Assembly (NCBI GenBank): GCA_963707025.1
Contig: CAVPOM010000012.1
Span: forward strand, 128,001 to 192,000
From: an uncultured Verrucomicrobiae bacterium
Lineage (GTDB): Bacteria; Verrucomicrobiota; Verrucomicrobiia; Limisphaerales; Palsa-1400
Direction of reading: 5' to 3'
Length of the DNA: 64,000 bases
Below, in pieces: positions 62,179 to 64,000 of the stretch. The notes below the pieces were generated by a model. That model worked only from the letters and a program-made list of their open reading frames with translations, was not told the origin of the DNA and did no database searches. Position numbers and translations under genes: made by a program. The stretch's first letter is position 1; each line of letters opens with the position of its first letter.

Positions 62179-62279
62179 GCACCTCACCCGGCCTGCAACA
62201 GTGGGCGTCGAACAAGTCGCCACCCACACTTGCAGGCCCGCCAGGTATCAGTTCTCACTGTTTAAACTGTTCGATCAGA

Positions 62280-63299
62280 TTAGATGGGTCCGCCTGAGCG
62301 TAGCGCGGTTTCCAGTTGACGAAGGTCCTTGGGCATTTCCGCCGTCCAACTCATCCGCACTCCGGGCTGCTCCGGATGCTCCAGACTGAGAATCTCCGCG
62401 TGCAAGCCTTGCCGCGGGAAATCCAGGGGCGGATGGGCCGGGTCCTGCGCCCGCCAGGCCGGGTTGTAGGTCCGGTCCCCAATCAGAGGCAGGCCCGCGT
62501 GCGCCGCCTGGGCACGGATTTGATGTTTGCGCCCCGTTTCCAGCCGGAGCCGCAATTTGCTGAAAAACTCCTTGCCGCCGGCCCGCGCATATTCCGCGAT
62601 GACTTCATAATGGGTGATGGCTTCGCGGGCCTCGTCTCCGGCCGCCCTGGCCTGCGCCTCGGAAAGGACGCGCTGGCGCAATTCATCCCGGCTTAATTGC
62701 AGCCATTGCCGCCAGGTCCCTTGGGGCGCGCCCGCCCGGCCTTCCACATAAGCCACATATTCCCGCTGCATGGTATGCGCCTTCAATTGCCCGATGAGAT
62801 GATGCCGCGCGGACGGATTGGCGGCGATGCAAAAGACCCCGCTGGTATATTGATCCAGCCGGTGAACCGGCAACAACTGCAGCCGCCGGTAAGCCGGCGG
62901 GAGCGACTTCCCCGCCACCCCGCGCTGTTGGGCCTTGAGTTTGCCCGCCAAAAAATCAGCCAGAATGCTCAACGCAGAAAGCTCGTCTTTGGCCGCGGGC
63001 ACCGAAATCAGTCCCGGTCCCTTGTTGACAACCGCCAGGGCCGAATCCAGGTAAAGGAGCGAAACCCGGGGATGAATCTGCCACCCCGTCCCGCAGGCCA
63101 AAGTGGTGGCATGGCGATCGCGCAAGACCAGAGCTTCCCCCGGCTCAGAGAGAATATGGTGCGGTTTGCGGATGACCAGGCCGTGGACGCTGACGCGCCC
63201 CGCCAAAATCCATTGTTTGGCGCGGCTTCTGGGTGTGTCCGGATACTTCCGCAACAGCCAGTCCAAGAGCGGGCCGTCCTTGTTTTCCGTCGCATTCAC
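62280..63299 (-). CDS. RluA-family pseudouridine synthase with S4-like N-terminus
   Basis: VNKGPGL, VHRLDQYTSG, LETGRKHQIR, IGDRTY, LHA. Confidence 0.93.
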   Translation of the reverse strand: MNATENKDGPLLDWLLRKYPDTPRSRAKQWILAGRVSVHGLVIRKPHHILSEPGEALVLRDRHATTLACGTGWQIHPRVSLLYLDSALAVVNKGPGLISVPAAKDELSALSILADFLAGKLKAQQRGVAGKSLPPAYRRLQLLPVHRLDQYTSGVFCIAANPSARHHLIGQLKAHTMQREYVAYVEGRAGAPQGTWRQWLQLSRDELRQRVLSEAQARAAGDEAREAITHYEVIAEYARAGGKEFFSKLRLRLETGRKHQIRAQAAHAGLPLIGDRTYNPAWRAQDPAHPPLDFPRQGLHAEILSLEHPEQPGVRMSWTAEMPKDLRQLETALRSGGPI

Positions 63300-63639
63300 C
63301 GGCAGGGGCGCGGACAGGCCGCGCTTATTTCAAGGCGGACTTCCGGTTGCGCAGCCGGGAGAGGGTGGAGCGGGTGGCCAGGTCCCGGCGGCGGCGCTCT
63401 GCGAGTTGACGGGCGCGCCATTGTTCATTGTGCGAGTCACCCATTTTTGGTCCCGCGATGTTTGCTTCTTTCGGAGGATTCGGCATGCCTGCAAGGTAGC
63501 AGACCCGGTGCCGTCAAGCCAGGGAAGTTATTACGGCTGGCCTGACACCGGGCGCGGGCAGGCTGGTCTTTTTCCTGATCCTGATGGGCTGGCAAATCCA
63601 TCAAGAAAAAGCTTGAAAGAATCCCGGAATCAGCCGAGC

Positions 63640-64000
63640 ATGACTGGCAGATTGCGCTACGGGCCTTGTATTCTTTTCTTGGTGTTGTTGCACGCCGTCA
63701 CAGTGCAAGGGGGAGCAATTCGTAATTTGCCCGGCTTCAGCGCCACCGTTTATGGGCCAAATGATGACGGCACTTATCCCTGCACCGGATTCAACGACGG
63801 CATCCCAACAAACGGCACCCCGGAGGCGGTGCCGATTGGCTTTGATATCAACTTCTATGGCACCACCTTCAGCAGCTTGTACGTCAATAATAACGGGAAT
63901 GTAACGCTGGACCAGGCGCTGGGTGAATATACTCCTTTTGGATTGACCAACACGGCGAGCCAGATCATCGCCCCGTTCTTTGCCGATGTGGATACCCGAG
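63640..64000 (+). CDS. Secreted nidogen-like (NIDO) domain protein, truncated by the window end
   Basis: Hand translation: signal peptide, NDDG, IGFDINFYG...LYVNNNGNVT, IIAPFFADVDTR. Confidence 0.8.
   Translation, partial: MTGRLRYGPCILFLVLLHAVTVQGGAIRNLPGFSATVYGPNDDGTYPCTGFNDGIPTNGTPEAVPIGFDINFYGTTFSSLYVNNNGNVTLDQALGEYTPFGLTNTASQIIAPFFADVDTR

Overview
GC-rich bacterial chromosome segment. Gene style suggests Verrucomicrobiota (Pedosphaera/Limisphaera-like); this is inference only. From left to right it contains: two tandem Gly-rich surface-protein paralogs, the first split by a complete 2,207-bp IS1595-family element with passenger ORFs; gmhB, an MBL hydrolase, apbE and a Tat oxidoreductase; a beta-propeller surface protein; a complete IS4-family element with a divergent accessory ORF, inserted in a REP-like palindrome; a CocE/NonD hydrolase, a split spermidine-synthase-like pair and a TPP decarboxylase; a mannoside-utilisation-like locus (sugar porter, two GH38, BSP-like peptidase, MFS, ROK); opgG/opgH; coaD-yceD-rpmF-plsX-fabH; a metzincin; a HepT/MntA TA pair; an A1-type cytochrome c oxidase cluster; USP; RluA; and a truncated NIDO-domain gene. 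No rRNA, tRNA or CRISPR array was recognised. The most unusual signal is intergenic: three internally deleted remnants of a four-helix-bundle-type gene associated with (TAATCY)n/(GATTAR)n arrays (two keep both inverted arrays), plus related 7-mer and 8-mer inverted arrays and several REP doublets nested inside outer inverted repeats. Two repeat elements are translated in frame inside proteins. Six small frameshifts, one in cox1, suggest sequencing or assembly indels. Family assignments come from recalled motifs; no database search was run.
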